Below are positions 47,128 through 58,600 of a DNA stretch of 64,000 nucleotides, piece after piece. This DNA comes from an uncultured Acidobacteriota bacterium (lineage in GTDB: Bacteria; Acidobacteriota; Thermoanaerobaculia; Multivoradales; UBA5704). The notes beneath the pieces were generated by a model. The model was not told the DNA's origin and ran no database searches. It saw only the letters and a list, made by a program, of their open reading frames with translations. A program made the position numbers and the translations under genes. The stretch lies in NCBI GenBank assembly GCA_963770895.1, contig CAVYRF010000002.1, forward strand, positions 1,696,001 to 1,760,000, given 5' to 3'. Position 1 is the stretch's first letter. The number at the start of each line of letters is the position of its first letter.

Positions 47128-49359
47128 ATGCAAGCAGGCCATGACGCATCGATAGGGAAAAGGAGCAGACAGGCGCTGTCCGTATGGGCGGTGCTGGCGG
47201 TCACGTCGCTGGCTGGCGTTGGCGCGGTGGTACCCGCGGCGGCCCAGGACGGCGGCGCCGCTGACGGCGAGAGGGCGATCTCGGGGTGCCGGCTCAGGAA
47301 CGCTGCCGGCGCGCCGATCGAACACGTGATCTACATCCAGTTCGACAACACGCACTTCCGCCGTGACACGGCCAACGTGCCGTCCGACCTGGAGCAAATG
47401 CCCAACCTGATGAATTTCATCAAGAGCCAGGGCGTGCTGAACACCGAGGACCATACGGTCCTCATCTCGCACACCGCCGGCGGCATCCTGTCGTCGCTCA
47501 CCGGCGTCTACCCGGACCGCCACGGTCAGACGGTGACCAACAGCTACGTGCGGACCTCGCCCACCGGGACGTTTTCGTTTCCCAGCGCGTTCAGCTACTG
47601 GACCGATACGATTGCCGAGAACGTGCCGAACCTGATCACTCCGACCGGCGTCAACGCGCCGGCGCCGTGGGTGCCGTACACGCGGGCCGGCTGCAATGTC
47701 GGCGGCGTCGCCACCGCCGACATCGAGCTGGAGAACACCAACACCGACGCCGGCGGCGACATCACCAAGGTGTTCGGCAATCCGTCGCCGCAGTACAGCG
47801 AGGCGGTGGCCTCCTACAACGCCCCCTACGGCTCGGCGTTGGCCGCAAAGGCGACCACCGACTTTGAGGGCCTGGCGATCCACTGCGCCGCCGGCTCGTC
47901 GCTGTGCGCCGCGGGACAGAACGACGTCCTGCCCCAGGAAGTGGGCGGCTACAGCGGTTTCAAGGCGCTGTTCGGCGCCCAGGAGATCGACCCGATGTTG
48001 ACCGGCAAGGCGGCGACGCCGCTCACCGACCTGGCCGGCAAACCGATCGCCGATTCGTTCGGGCAGCCCGGCTTTCCGGGTTTCGACGGCATGACGGCGG
48101 CGGTGTCGCTGGCCTACGTCGCGGCGATGCACGAGCACGGCGTGCAGGTCAGCTTCGCCTACATCTCGGACGCACACGACGATCATGGCGTCGACGGCAC
48201 CGGGCAGTCCGCGTACGGGCCGGGCGAAGCCGGCTACGTGCAGCAGCTGAAGGCCTATGACCAGGCGTTCGGCGCCTTCTTCAAGCGCCTGGCGCACGAC
48301 GGCATCACCCCGACGAACAGCCTGTTCGTCATCACCGTCGACGAAGGCGATCACTTTGTCGGCGGCGCGCCCACTTCGGCGGCCTGCGACGGCGTGACCG
48401 TGGCGTGCAACTGGCCCGACGGCCAGGTCGGCGAGGTGGACGTCAACATCGATACCGTCCTGTCCAACCAGTACCCGGCGCTCGGTGCGCAGTTCCTGGG
48501 CAAGACCGCGCCGTATGCGTTCACGGTGCACGGCGACGACGCGCCGCCGTTCTACCTGGCCAAGTACGGCACGGGCGGCGGGCCGCTGGGTCAGACCGAT
48601 CCGCTGACGCGCCAGTTCGAGCACGCGGTGGCCCGGCTGACCGTGGTCAACCCCTATACCGGACTGCACGACTACCTGCTGGCGCAGATGGCCGATCAGA
48701 CCGAAATGAAGGCGCTCCACATGTTCACCACCGGCGACCCGGTGCGCAACGCGACGTTCGTGCTGTTCGGCGACCCGACCTACTTCATCACCGACTATCC
48801 GTCCAGCACCTGCGAAACCTGCGTCGATTCAGCCTACGCCTGGAACCACGGCGACGTGCAGGTGGAGATCGGCAACACCTGGTTCGGCATGGTCGGGCCC
48901 GGCGTCCGGCGGTTGGGTGAAACCGCGATCTGGACGGACCATACCGATCTGCGGCCGACGATCCTGGAGCTGGTCGGGCTTGCCGACACCTACGAGTCGG
49001 ACGGCCGCGTCATCGTCGAGGCGCTGAACGCCTACGCCCCTGCCCTGGCCGCCAACCGCGCGACGGTCGAACAGCTGGGCGCCACCTACAAGCAGCTGAA
49101 CGCGCCGTTTGGCGCCTTTGGCATGAACACCCTGATCGCTTCGACGCGCGCGATCACCGGCAACGACTCAACCTATACGGCGACCGAAGCCCAGATCGCC
49201 AGCCTGACCACCCAGCGCGACGCCCTGGCGACCCAGATCCGCACCGCCCTGGACGGCGCCGCCTTCCACCGCCAGCCTGTCGACCCGACACAGGCAGCCG
49301 CCTGGATCAAGCAGGCGCAGAGCCTGCTGACCCAGGCCGCGGACGTCGCCGCGCAGTAA
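47128..49359 (+). CDS. Secreted alkaline-phosphatase-superfamily (NPP-like) protein
   Basis: VIYIQFD, SHTAGGILSSLTGVYPDRHG, YISDAHD, ITVDEG, NHG, DLRPTIL. Confidence 0.68.
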   Translation: MQAGHDASIGKRSRQALSVWAVLAVTSLAGVGAVVPAAAQDGGAADGERAISGCRLRNAAGAPIEHVIYIQFDNTHFRRDTANVPSDLEQMPNLMNFIKSQGVLNTEDHTVLISHTAGGILSSLTGVYPDRHGQTVTNSYVRTSPTGTFSFPSAFSYWTDTIAENVPNLITPTGVNAPAPWVPYTRAGCNVGGVATADIELENTNTDAGGDITKVFGNPSPQYSEAVASYNAPYGSALAAKATTDFEGLAIHCAAGSSLCAAGQNDVLPQEVGGYSGFKALFGAQEIDPMLTGKAATPLTDLAGKPIADSFGQPGFPGFDGMTAAVSLAYVAAMHEHGVQVSFAYISDAHDDHGVDGTGQSAYGPGEAGYVQQLKAYDQAFGAFFKRLAHDGITPTNSLFVITVDEGDHFVGGAPTSAACDGVTVACNWPDGQVGEVDVNIDTVLSNQYPALGAQFLGKTAPYAFTVHGDDAPPFYLAKYGTGGGPLGQTDPLTRQFEHAVARLTVVNPYTGLHDYLLAQMADQTEMKALHMFTTGDPVRNATFVLFGDPTYFITDYPSSTCETCVDSAYAWNHGDVQVEIGNTWFGMVGPGVRRLGETAIWTDHTDLRPTILELVGLADTYESDGRVIVEALNAYAPALAANRATVEQLGATYKQLNAPFGAFGMNTLIASTRAITGNDSTYTATEAQIASLTTQRDALATQIRTALDGAAFHRQPVDPTQAAAWIKQAQSLLTQAADVAAQ

Positions 49360-49472
49360 CGCGGCAGCAGCCAGCAGCACTCCGACCGGGTTGCCGCCGC
49401 CGCCGCCATAACGGGCGGGCGGCGGCAGCCCGCGCCGCAGATGCCCCCGCCCGCGCCCCTGCCCGACCCCGA

Positions 49473-50306
49473 TCAGTCCTGGTCTGGCCGCTGCCCGGCG
49501 AGGACCGGCGCGAACCAGACGCCATAGCCGTCGGGGTCGCGGATCGTCGCCAGCATGTCCTGGAAGTGGGCGATGCACTGGTCGCGCGTGATGTTGGTGT
49601 GCAGGGCGATCGCGTCCGCGTAGCCGTCGCTCCAGGCCTGCCAGATCGCGGCGAACGTCTGGCGCGGCACGCGCACCGTATCCACCACCAGGTAGTCGAC
49701 GGTGACGTTGCGCAGGCCCTGCTGGCGCAAGAGCCGGTACATCTTGCGGCCGCTCAGCAGGTCGGTGTCCGTCGCCTTGCCGAACTGCGGCGGGGCGTTG
49801 TGCCAGAAGTCGCTGGCATCCATGGCGCGGGGTTCGAACGCGATCATCCCGTAATCTTCGGCCAGGACGTGCAACGTGCCTCCCGGACGCAGCACCCGCT
49901 TGAGCTCGGCAAGAACCTGGTCGATGTTGGGAATCGAGTGCAGCACGTGGCGGCACAGCACCAGGTCGAAGCTGGCATCGGCCAGGCCCAGCTGGTAGAT
50001 GCTGCGCTCCTCGAAGCGCACCCGGTCTGCAAGGCCCAGCTGATCGGCGCGCTGCCGCGCCAGCTCGAGGTGCCCGGCAAGAATGTCGACGCCGAGCAGC
50101 TTGGCCGCGGGGAACATCTGGGCCAACCGCAGCGTCATTTCGCCGGTGCCGCAGCCGGCATCCAGGATCTGGGCGGTGGGCGGCAGCGCATAGCGCGCAA
50201 AGAGCGGCGCCTCCTGCGGCCACAGTGCTTCCGCCTGCGCTCGCAACGTGCGCACCATCGATTCGTCCGCCATTTCCCGTTCGTGCGGAAACCGATTTTC
50301 TGTCAT
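49473..50306 (-). CDS. Class I SAM-dependent methyltransferase
   Basis: ILDAGCGTG, FDLVLCRH, RVLRPGG. Confidence 0.9.
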   Translation of the reverse strand: MTENRFPHEREMADESMVRTLRAQAEALWPQEAPLFARYALPPTAQILDAGCGTGEMTLRLAQMFPAAKLLGVDILAGHLELARQRADQLGLADRVRFEERSIYQLGLADASFDLVLCRHVLHSIPNIDQVLAELKRVLRPGGTLHVLAEDYGMIAFEPRAMDASDFWHNAPPQFGKATDTDLLSGRKMYRLLRQQGLRNVTVDYLVVDTVRVPRQTFAAIWQAWSDGYADAIALHTNITRDQCIAHFQDMLATIRDPDGYGVWFAPVLAGQRPDQD

Positions 50307-50390
50307 GATCCAAAGGCTCCTCAAGCGCCGCGTGGCCTGTCTCTGTCCCGATCTGCGCCTCACGTAGTGGAGGGTAGAACGGAGGATACC

Positions 50391-51473
50391 GTGGAACGTA
50401 CAATCAGATACGCGAAGCTGGTCCTGCTGCTGCTCCTGCCGCTGGGCGGGCTGACCGGCTGCGGCATGGTGGATAGCATGGCGGGTTACTCGGAGGCCAA
50501 GGACCTTCAACGGGTGGGGGTTCCCGCCCAGGCGAAGATCCTGGCCATCGGCGAGACCGGGATGTCGATCAACGATGAACCGGTGATCCGCATCGACGTG
50601 GAAGTGCAGCCCGCCGACGGGCCGCCGTACCAGGCGACGATCAAGCGGCTCCTCATCTCCCGGCTGGAGATCCCGCAGTACCAGCCCGGTCAGGTGATCG
50701 CCGTCCGCTACGATCCGCACCAGCCGGACCGGGTTTCGATCGACCTCGGGCCGCCGCCCGCCGCCAAGACCGGCAATCCCTTCGCCGACAACTTTGTCGC
50801 GGAAGCATCCCAGTCCAACCACCGGCTGCCGTCGTCGGCCGCGCCGTCGCTCTATCGCGGCAGCGACGACGATCTGGCCGACGTGCGGGCTCTGGAGCAG
50901 AACGGCTACCTGCGGCTGGGAGTCTCTTCCTTCGAGGGCGGCGCCGCGGACCCGCGGCAGGCGGTGGAGCAGGGGACGCGCCTGGGCGCCGCACTGGTCG
51001 TCGTCTACGGCCAGACGACCGCCGCGGAGGGCGCCATCCCGCAGCCGCTGCCGTACCATCCCGACTCAGCCGGCGGCGCGGCGACGCCGGCGGTCGCCGA
51101 CACCTCGGGCGCCGCCGCCACGATCGGCCTGCTGCCGCCGCGCCCCCCCTCCCAGCACAGCGCAAGCTATTGGGCGAAGCTGCCGCCGATGGTGCTGGGC
51201 GTCATGACGCGGGCACTGTCCGACCAGGAAAAGGCACGCCTGCAGCGCAACGACGGCATGGTCGTCGAGCTGGTGGTCAACAATTCCCCGGCCTCCAGCC
51301 ACATCGTGCCCGGCGACGTCATCACCGCGATCGACGGCAAAAAGATCCTGGACTTCCGGGCCGTGCCCGCCTTCCTGGATTCGATCGCCGGCCGCAACGT
51401 CCGCATCGACCTGCTGCGCTACGGTTCGCCCCTGACGGTCGACGTCCAGCTCAACCCCCTGCCGCCTGCCTGA
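50391..51473 (+). CDS. Lipoprotein with C-terminal PDZ domain
   Basis: LTGC lipobox; NSPAS..IVPGDVITAIDG; GGAGG RBS before GTG 50391. Confidence 0.78.
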   Translation: MERTIRYAKLVLLLLLPLGGLTGCGMVDSMAGYSEAKDLQRVGVPAQAKILAIGETGMSINDEPVIRIDVEVQPADGPPYQATIKRLLISRLEIPQYQPGQVIAVRYDPHQPDRVSIDLGPPPAAKTGNPFADNFVAEASQSNHRLPSSAAPSLYRGSDDDLADVRALEQNGYLRLGVSSFEGGAADPRQAVEQGTRLGAALVVVYGQTTAAEGAIPQPLPYHPDSAGGAATPAVADTSGAAATIGLLPPRPPSQHSASYWAKLPPMVLGVMTRALSDQEKARLQRNDGMVVELVVNNSPASSHIVPGDVITAIDGKKILDFRAVPAFLDSIAGRNVRIDLLRYGSPLTVDVQLNPLPPA

Positions 51474-51489
51474 AGCCCCGTCTGCAAAG

Positions 51490-51515
51490 CAGGGGCGCCC
51501 GCGCGGGCGCCCCTG
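51490..51515. terminator. Perfect 26-bp palindrome between convergent genes
   Basis: CAGGGGCGCCCGCGCGGGCGCCCCTG. Confidence 0.6.
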
Positions 51516-51575
51516 ACCTGAGGCAGGCCACGATTCCGTTCCAGGCGCAGGGCGGCGCGGGCCGTTGGCGGCCGC

Positions 51576-52547
51576 TCAGATCCGCTTGAGCTCGGCCAGG
51601 CGGCGATAGTGCTCGCCCAGCGCGGTGAGCTTGCAGGATTTCGATTCGATTGCGGCGTTCCACATATGCGGAGCGTCGACGGGAACGACCAGGTTGACCC
51701 GGTTGTATTTCTGCAGGATCTTGAACTTGGCAACGTTTTGGGGGTCGGGGGGCGGCGCGCCGTCCGGCCGCCCGCGCATCTCGGGCTCGAAGGAGGGATC
51801 GAGCTTGAAGTCGAATCCCACCGACGGGAACAGTGCCGTCATCTGTTGCAGCTCTGCCAGGTCGACCGGCGCCGCCACCTCGCGCAGGGATACAAACCTC
51901 GTGACGTTGGTCTTGAAGACCGGCCGCTGCTGCCAGGGACCGAGGGACTGATCGATATGCGCATACACGCTGCCCGGTGTGACGTCGCCCACCAGGTTGG
52001 CCGCGGCTCCGCGCATGGCGTCCACGAACAGGGCGGTGAAGACGCCGCTGCCGTTCTCTTCACTGGCGTACTGATCCTTGGTCGACGCGGTGAGGATGGT
52101 CATTCCTTCGTTGATCTCTGCCGCCTGCCTGCCGGCCGGAGTTCCTGCTACCCCCGAATGGCAGCTGTCGAGCACGATGATCTTGTTTTGCGATGGCGAG
52201 TCGTTGGCCATCGTCAGCACCTCGCCGAGGGCCAGGCCGTCGTCGCCTCTTTTGCAGTCGCTGGCGCACAGGTAACCACCGGTCGATTCGACGTGGCCGT
52301 GGCCGGCAAAATAGAGCAGCGCAATGTCATGTTTGTCGGCAAACAGCCGAGCGACCTCATCTTTGATGTCTGGCCGCGACAGAGCCGTCTCGCCGCCGGT
52401 GGCGGTCATCAGCTGGACGCCGAAATTCGGCTTGCCGTTGGCATGCCGTTCGAGCACCGCCTGCACGGCATGTGCATCGTTGACGCAGCCGAACAGAGAC
52501 GGCACGTGTTGGTAATAATCGATACCGATCACAAGGGCCTTGCGCAT
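51576..52547 (-). CDS. Caspase-like protease (peptidase C14)
   Basis: [19 protein letters not shown], catalytic YFAGHG and LDSCHSG; GAGGAGG RBS. Confidence 0.92.
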   Translation of the reverse strand: MRKALVIGIDYYQHVPSLFGCVNDAHAVQAVLERHANGKPNFGVQLMTATGGETALSRPDIKDEVARLFADKHDIALLYFAGHGHVESTGGYLCASDCKRGDDGLALGEVLTMANDSPSQNKIIVLDSCHSGVAGTPAGRQAAEINEGMTILTASTKDQYASEENGSGVFTALFVDAMRGAAANLVGDVTPGSVYAHIDQSLGPWQQRPVFKTNVTRFVSLREVAAPVDLAELQQMTALFPSVGFDFKLDPSFEPEMRGRPDGAPPPDPQNVAKFKILQKYNRVNLVVPVDAPHMWNAAIESKSCKLTALGEHYRRLAELKRI

Positions 52548-52583
52548 GGAAATCGAATCCCTCCTCAAAAATAGTTGTGATGT

Positions 52584-53924
52584 TCAGCCGGCGCGTGCCG
52601 CAAGGGCGTCTTCCAGGACCTGCGCCCACGCCAGGATCTCGCCGCGGCGCTGCCTGGCTTCGCGGATGATGCGGAGGTTGCGGGCGGTGGTCTGGGCTTC
52701 CCAGGCCGCGCGGACGACGGCCAGGGCGTCGGCCAGCGCCGCACTGGCGCGCGCCTCATCCTTGGCCAGGACGGCGAGCTCAAGCCTGGTCGCGTAGTCC
52801 CAATAGTCGGACTTGCCGGCAGCGATGCGCCGTTCCACGGCGTAGGCGACGACCGGCAGGATCTGCAGGCGCGCGGGATCGGGGGGATCCGCCACCTCCA
52901 TGAGCGTCACGGCGTTCACCCCCGGATAGGCGTCCCGCCAGTCCGCTTCGAAGCCGCGACGGTAGCTGTCGATCGCCCTGGTCAGCAAACCCTTGGCGGT
53001 GAAGACGTCGCCCTTGTCGCGCGCGCGTTCCCAGCGGTCCTTGTAGACGCGGCCGAGGATGCCGCAGGTTTCGCTGCTGGGGCCGCGTTTTGCGATCAGC
53101 GCCACCAGGATCTGCTCCGCCTCCTCGCCGCGGCCCATCCGGTTGAGCGCCAGACCGAGCTGCTCCTGCACCAGCACGGTCTGGGCCAGGGGGCCCGGCA
53201 TCTTGCGCGCCAGAGCCACCATCCGTTCCCAGGCCGAAACCGCGCGATACGAAAGGAAGAGATCGATCACCACGCCGGCCTCGACGTCGGAGAGCGGTCC
53301 CAGGCCGTCCTCGACGGTCGCCACGGCCGCCTCGTCCTTGGACCGGGCGTCGGCCAGGCGCTGCTTCTGCTCCGCCGAGTAGCGCACCTGTTCACGAAAC
53401 ACGTCGGTTCTGTCGTGCGCGATCTGGTTGGGGTAGCCGTCCACCAGCTGGTAGATCGGGCTGTCGGCAGGCGGCTGATCGGCCGCGGCAGCGCGCGCTT
53501 CGCGCAGCCGCTTGACCAGATGCGACCGCGTATCGTCGAGGTCGGCCGGCGTGCCGGCCGGCGTCAGCGGGTAGGGCATCGCGCGCAGCGGCGCCACGTC
53601 GAACGGCAGCCGCCCGCCCTCGGCGAACAGCGCCACGGTGCTCCACGGCCGCACCGCATGGCGCAGCCCAAGCTCGTAGAACACGTTGGCGCTGGCCGTC
53701 GTCAGGTCGGCCACCGCGTACTCGCAAAGGATCAGCCGCTCGAACATCGGCTTGTGGATGATTCCCCCCGCCACCTCCTCGTCGGCGCGCAAGGGCTCGA
53801 GGCCCGCGGCACGGATCGCGGGAGCGATCAGCTCCCGATAGACACCGTCGAAGTCGATCAGCATGCCGCCAGCATCAGTCTTGGCGCCGAACGGCATCAG
53901 CACGAAGCAAAGCGGAGAGGGCAC
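52584..53924 (-). CDS. NDT/TIR-like N-terminal domain + DUF4071 (TRAFs-binding/TPR-sensor) protein
   Basis: CFVLMPFG..ADLTTASANVFYELGLRHA; LSYRAV, LALNR, GILGRVYKD, YPGVNAVTL, DYWDYATRLE. Confidence 0.85.
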   Translation of the reverse strand: MPSPLCFVLMPFGAKTDAGGMLIDFDGVYRELIAPAIRAAGLEPLRADEEVAGGIIHKPMFERLILCEYAVADLTTASANVFYELGLRHAVRPWSTVALFAEGGRLPFDVAPLRAMPYPLTPAGTPADLDDTRSHLVKRLREARAAAADQPPADSPIYQLVDGYPNQIAHDRTDVFREQVRYSAEQKQRLADARSKDEAAVATVEDGLGPLSDVEAGVVIDLFLSYRAVSAWERMVALARKMPGPLAQTVLVQEQLGLALNRMGRGEEAEQILVALIAKRGPSSETCGILGRVYKDRWERARDKGDVFTAKGLLTRAIDSYRRGFEADWRDAYPGVNAVTLMEVADPPDPARLQILPVVAYAVERRIAAGKSDYWDYATRLELAVLAKDEARASAALADALAVVRAAWEAQTTARNLRIIREARQRRGEILAWAQVLEDALAARAG

Positions 53925-54028
53925 GGTTCAGTCTCCTGGTGAAGGTCGATTGTACTGATTCTACAATGATACTGAACTTTTGAGACAGCGCGAAACGCGG
54001 CCGCCTGGAGCCGCGGGTGCCGCGGTGA

Positions 54029-55465
54029 TCAGACTTCGAAGAGGATGCCTTCGGTGGCGCCGCGGGCGGAATTGATGACGCCGGTGGAGTCGTGGCGCGG
54101 CATCATGCGGATGAAGCCGCCGCCGTAGGATTCGCCGAAGGCGAAGAGGCCCCAGACCAGGTCGTGGACGGCGGTGCCGTGGTCGCCATATTGATAGAGG
54201 TGCGGCCGGGAGGCGACGTGCTCCTGGGCCAGGTAGCCGGGTTGACCGGCCAGGCGGTCGACGACGGCGCGCCAGGCTTCGGGCGTCATGGCGGGGCCGA
54301 CGAAAACGTCCCTTCCCTGGAAGCCGGCGATCGGTTTGATGACGAAGCTGCAGCGCTCTTCGCGCAGCAGTTGCGAAAGGTTTCGGGTTTCGCCGCGGTA
54401 GGTGACCTGGCTGTCGGCCAGGTCGCGGCACCAGGGCACGTGGGCTTCGATGATCGCTCGCTCCTCGGGCGTGAAACGGTCGCCCGCGGCATGTTGCGAC
54501 AGCAGCGCCAGGTTGCGCTTGTCGTTGAGGATCAGCTCGACAGGGCCGTTGTACAACGTCAGCTGCTCGGCCTTGAAACTGCGGTAGATCGCCTGCGGCC
54601 GGTCTTCGCTGCTCATTTCGATCAGCGCGTGCAGCGGCATCGCGCCGAGGTAGACGATGCCGCCGCGCACCGCCAGCTGGCCGAAGTGGGCGACGATCAG
54701 GTGACCGGCGGCGGCGCCCGCACGCCGGAGCAATGATTCATACATGCCGTTCAGTTCGTCGAAGGAGAGGGCCGCGGCGAGGTCCGGCGAGGTCACCACG
54801 GCGCAGTTGACGGCGCCGTCCGCGCAGTGCGGGCGCGCCACGTTGTCCTCTACGACGTGACGCAGGAGAACCTCCAGCGGGTCGACGTGCACGGGGTGCA
54901 AGCCGCGCTCGGCGATAAAGGAGGCGACCAGCGGATGCTTGCGGCATGCCTCTTCGAAGTAACGCAATTGCCAGCCTCCCAGGCGGCCGGCGTTGACTTC
55001 GATGCACTTGACGCCGGCGACCGAATCGATGAGGTCGCAGCGCGCGACGGCGGTGTCGATGCCGTTGGGCGGCGCCAGCAGCAGGGTCGCCATCAGCTCG
55101 CTGGACAGGCGGTAATACTTGGCGATCCGCACCGGGTCGCCGTCGAAGATGCGTTCGGGGATGCTCTTGAGCAGGCGGGTTACGCCGACCGTGGCGCGGC
55201 GCAGCTCCGCCGACTTGCGGGCGTCGACGAAGGTGGGCCACGACTGCAGGCGGTAGTACTCGCCCGCCTGCACCCGCAGCCAATCGGGATAGCTGGCGGT
55301 GCGATAGTCGATCGGCGCGAGCCCCAGCGGATGGGCGGCGGCGAAGTCGAGGAACTGGCGCGCCGCGGCTGACAGATCCATGGCGCTGGCAAGAGCTTCC
55401 GCCGGCGGCGAAGCCGCGGACGGCCCGGCCGGCGGTTGCTGCGCATTCGAAATCAGCTGGTTCAT
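54029..55465 (-). CDS. Circularly permuted ATP-grasp / glutathionylspermidine-synthase-like ligase
   Basis: RCDL..KCIEVNAG, DKRNLALLS, FVIKP..GRDVFVG, YLAQE. Confidence 0.75.
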   Translation of the reverse strand: MNQLISNAQQPPAGPSAASPPAEALASAMDLSAAARQFLDFAAAHPLGLAPIDYRTASYPDWLRVQAGEYYRLQSWPTFVDARKSAELRRATVGVTRLLKSIPERIFDGDPVRIAKYYRLSSELMATLLLAPPNGIDTAVARCDLIDSVAGVKCIEVNAGRLGGWQLRYFEEACRKHPLVASFIAERGLHPVHVDPLEVLLRHVVEDNVARPHCADGAVNCAVVTSPDLAAALSFDELNGMYESLLRRAGAAAGHLIVAHFGQLAVRGGIVYLGAMPLHALIEMSSEDRPQAIYRSFKAEQLTLYNGPVELILNDKRNLALLSQHAAGDRFTPEERAIIEAHVPWCRDLADSQVTYRGETRNLSQLLREERCSFVIKPIAGFQGRDVFVGPAMTPEAWRAVVDRLAGQPGYLAQEHVASRPHLYQYGDHGTAVHDLVWGLFAFGESYGGGFIRMMPRHDSTGVINSARGATEGILFEV

Positions 55466-55668
55466 TTCCTGCTCCTCAACCTTGCGCAAGAAGGATAGCA
55501 GGCGCGCGCCGTTCGCGCCCAGTTGCGTGCAATCTTTTAGAACAATTATGCCGACATTCGCATTCTATGGAATCTAAAGTTAGTGCAGATATTGTGAAGA
55601 TCCAGATTTTGAGATCTTTGCGTCATACTTCCTGGAATCCCTTGCTTCACGAATTAGCTTGGCCTAGC

Positions 55669-58600
55669 ATGACACCGCAGAAACACTTACCTGGTGGCGC
55701 CTTGCGCAAGGACTCTACAGAGAGCATCCGGCGGGAACCCTTTTCGTCGACGAGCAACCAGCCGCGGCCGCGACCGGCGGATTTGCCTGCCGATCTTTCG
55801 CAAGGCGAGCGGTCGCTGTGGTTCGTGCACCACCTGGCGCCCGAAACCGGCGCATATAACATCGCCGCCGCGGCGCGCGTGTGCACCGCCGTCGACAGCG
55901 GCGCCCTGGAGCAAGCTTTTCAAGGGTTGGTGGACCGTCACGCCGCCTTGCGCACCCGCTTCCCCGAGCTGGACGGCGCGCCGCGCCGGCAGGTCGCGGC
56001 AAAGGCGCGCGTGGCCTTTGTGCGCCAGGACGTCGCGGCGCTGAGCCGGGACCAGCTGCGCGAGCGGCTGGCCGAGGAGGCCTGGCGCCCCTTCGACCTG
56101 CGGCGCGGCCCCCTGCTGCGCGTGACCCTGTTCGAGGGCGATCCCCACGGTCCGGTGCTCCTGCTGGTGGTGCACCACATGGTGGCGGACTTCTGGTCGC
56201 TGGCGATCCTGGTCCGCGAGCTGCCGGCGCTCTACGGCCAGGCCGCCTGCGGCAGGCCCGCCGAGCTGCCGCCCCCGGGCCTGCCCTACGAAGAGCACGC
56301 GCGGGCGGAGCGTGAGACGCTCGCTTCGCCGCGCGGCCCGGCCCTGCTGGCCTTCTGGCGCCAGCAGCTGGCCGGCCTGCGGACGCTCGACCTCCCCCTC
56401 GATCGTCCTCGCCCTGCCGTGCAGACGTTCCGCGGCGATTGCGTCCGGCTGCGGTTGCCGGGTCCGCTGACCGAGGGCCTGCGGGCGTGGAGCCGCCGGC
56501 GTCACGCGACGCCGTTCATGGCGTTTACCGCGGCGTTCCAGACGCTGCTGAGCCGCCATGCGGGCCAGACCGACCTGGCGATCGGCGCGCCGCGCGCCGG
56601 ACGCTCGCAGTCGCAGTTCGCCGGCACCGTGGGCTACTTCGTCAATCCCGTCGTGTTGCGCGGCGACCTGGCCGGCGATCCGACGTTTGCCCAGCTCCTG
56701 GAGCGCACCAGGACCATGGTGCAGGCGGCGTTCGCTCACGGCGACTGCCCGCTGCCGCTGCTGGTCGAGCACCTGGAGCCGCTGCGCGACGCCAGCCGGA
56801 CGCCGCTGTTTCAGGTCTCCCTGGTGATGCAGAAGGAGACGCGCGGCGTTGCGGGTCTCACCGCCTTCGCGCTCGGCGAAGCAGGAATCGAGGTCGGCAC
56901 CGACGACCTGCGGCTCGCATCGCTGTCGCTCGACCGGCCGCCCGCGCCCTTCGACCTGCAGCTCCACGCGGTCGAGCGGCAGGGCTCGCTCAGCCTCGCC
57001 CTGCAACACAACGCCGACCTGTTCGACCGCACCACGGCGGCGCGCTGGCTGGAGCGCCTGGCGGCGCTGGTGGCGGGCGTCGTCGCCGATCCCGAGCGGC
57101 CGCTTTCGGCGCTGCCGCTGCTCTCCGCCGCCGAGCGGCACCAGCTGCTGCGCGAATGGAACGACAGCGCTCGGCCGCTGCCGGCCGCGGCGCCGGCAAC
57201 GCTGCACGGCCTTTTTGCGGCGCAGGCGGCGCGCACGCCGAACGCCGTCGCCCTGGTGGCAAACAGCGCGAACGCCGCAAACGCCGCCGCCGATGCCTCC
57301 AGCCCGGCCGCGGCGCGCTGGACCTACGGCGAGCTGGACCGCTGGTCCGATCACCTGGCGCGCCGCCTGGCCTCCCTTGGCGTCGGACCGGAGGTTCGCG
57401 TCGGGGTCTGCCTGCCGCGCACGCCGCTGCTGGTCGCCTCGCTGCTCGCCGTGCTCAAGGCCGGCGGCGCCTACGTGCCGCTGCTCCCCGACCATCCGGC
57501 CGATCGCCTGGACTTCCTGCTGCGCGACAGCGGCGCCGCGGTGCTGCTGACCGAGCGGCGATTGGCCGCCAGGTTCCCGGCGGCGGCCGGCGGCGCCACG
57601 CCGCGCGTCAAGCTGCTGCTGGTGGCGCCGCCCCGCGGCCGCAACCAGCGCCGCTGGCGGCGGGCGCCCGCCGTCGGGTCCGGCAACCTGGCGTACGTCA
57701 TGTACACCTCGGGTTCGACCGGCAGCCCCAAGGGGGTGGCGATCGAGCACCGCAGCGCCGTGGCGTTCGCCCGCTGGGCGCGCATGGTGTTCGCACCCGC
57801 AGAGCTGGCCGGCGTGCTCGCCGCCACCTCGATCGCCTTCGACCTGTCGGTCTTCGAGCTGTTCGTGACCCTGGCCTGGGGCGGCAAGGTGGTGCTCGCC
57901 GCCGATGCGTTTGCGCTGCCGCGGCTGGCCGCGGCGGGCGAGGTCGTGCTGCTCAACTCGGTGCCGTCGATCGTCGCCGAGCTGGCGCGCCAGGGGGCGC
58001 TGCCGCGGTCGGTGCGCACGATCAACCTGGCCGGCGAGCCGCTCAAGCGATCGCTGGTCCAGACGCTGCGCGACGCTTCCGCCGCGTCGCGCGTGCTCAA
58101 TCTGTACGGGCCCTCCGAGACCACGACCTACTCGACCTGGGCGCCGGCGCCCTTCGACGAAGGGCGCGAGCCGGCGATCGGCCGCCCGATCGCCGGCAGC
58201 CGCGCGGTGCTCCTGGGCCGGTCGGGCGAGCCGGTGCCGGTCGGCGTGCCGGGCGAGCTGCTGCTGGGCGGCGCCGGCCTGGCGCGCGGCTACCTCAACC
58301 GGCCGGACCTGACGGCGGAGCGCTTCGTGCCCGATCCGTTCCCGTCCGCGGCGGACGGCGCGGCGGGCGGCCGCCTGTATCGCACCGGCGACCTGGCGCG
58401 CTGGCTGCCCGACGGACGGCTCGACTACCTCGGGCGCATCGACGCGCAGATCAAGCTGCGCGGCATCCGCATCGAGCCGGGCGAAATCGAGCACGCGCTC
58501 GGCCGCCATGCCGCGGTGCGCGCCGCCGCTGTGCTGCTGCGCGACGACCTTCCCGGCGGCGCCGGCCTGGTGGCCTACGTCGCGTCGTCGCTCGCGCCGC

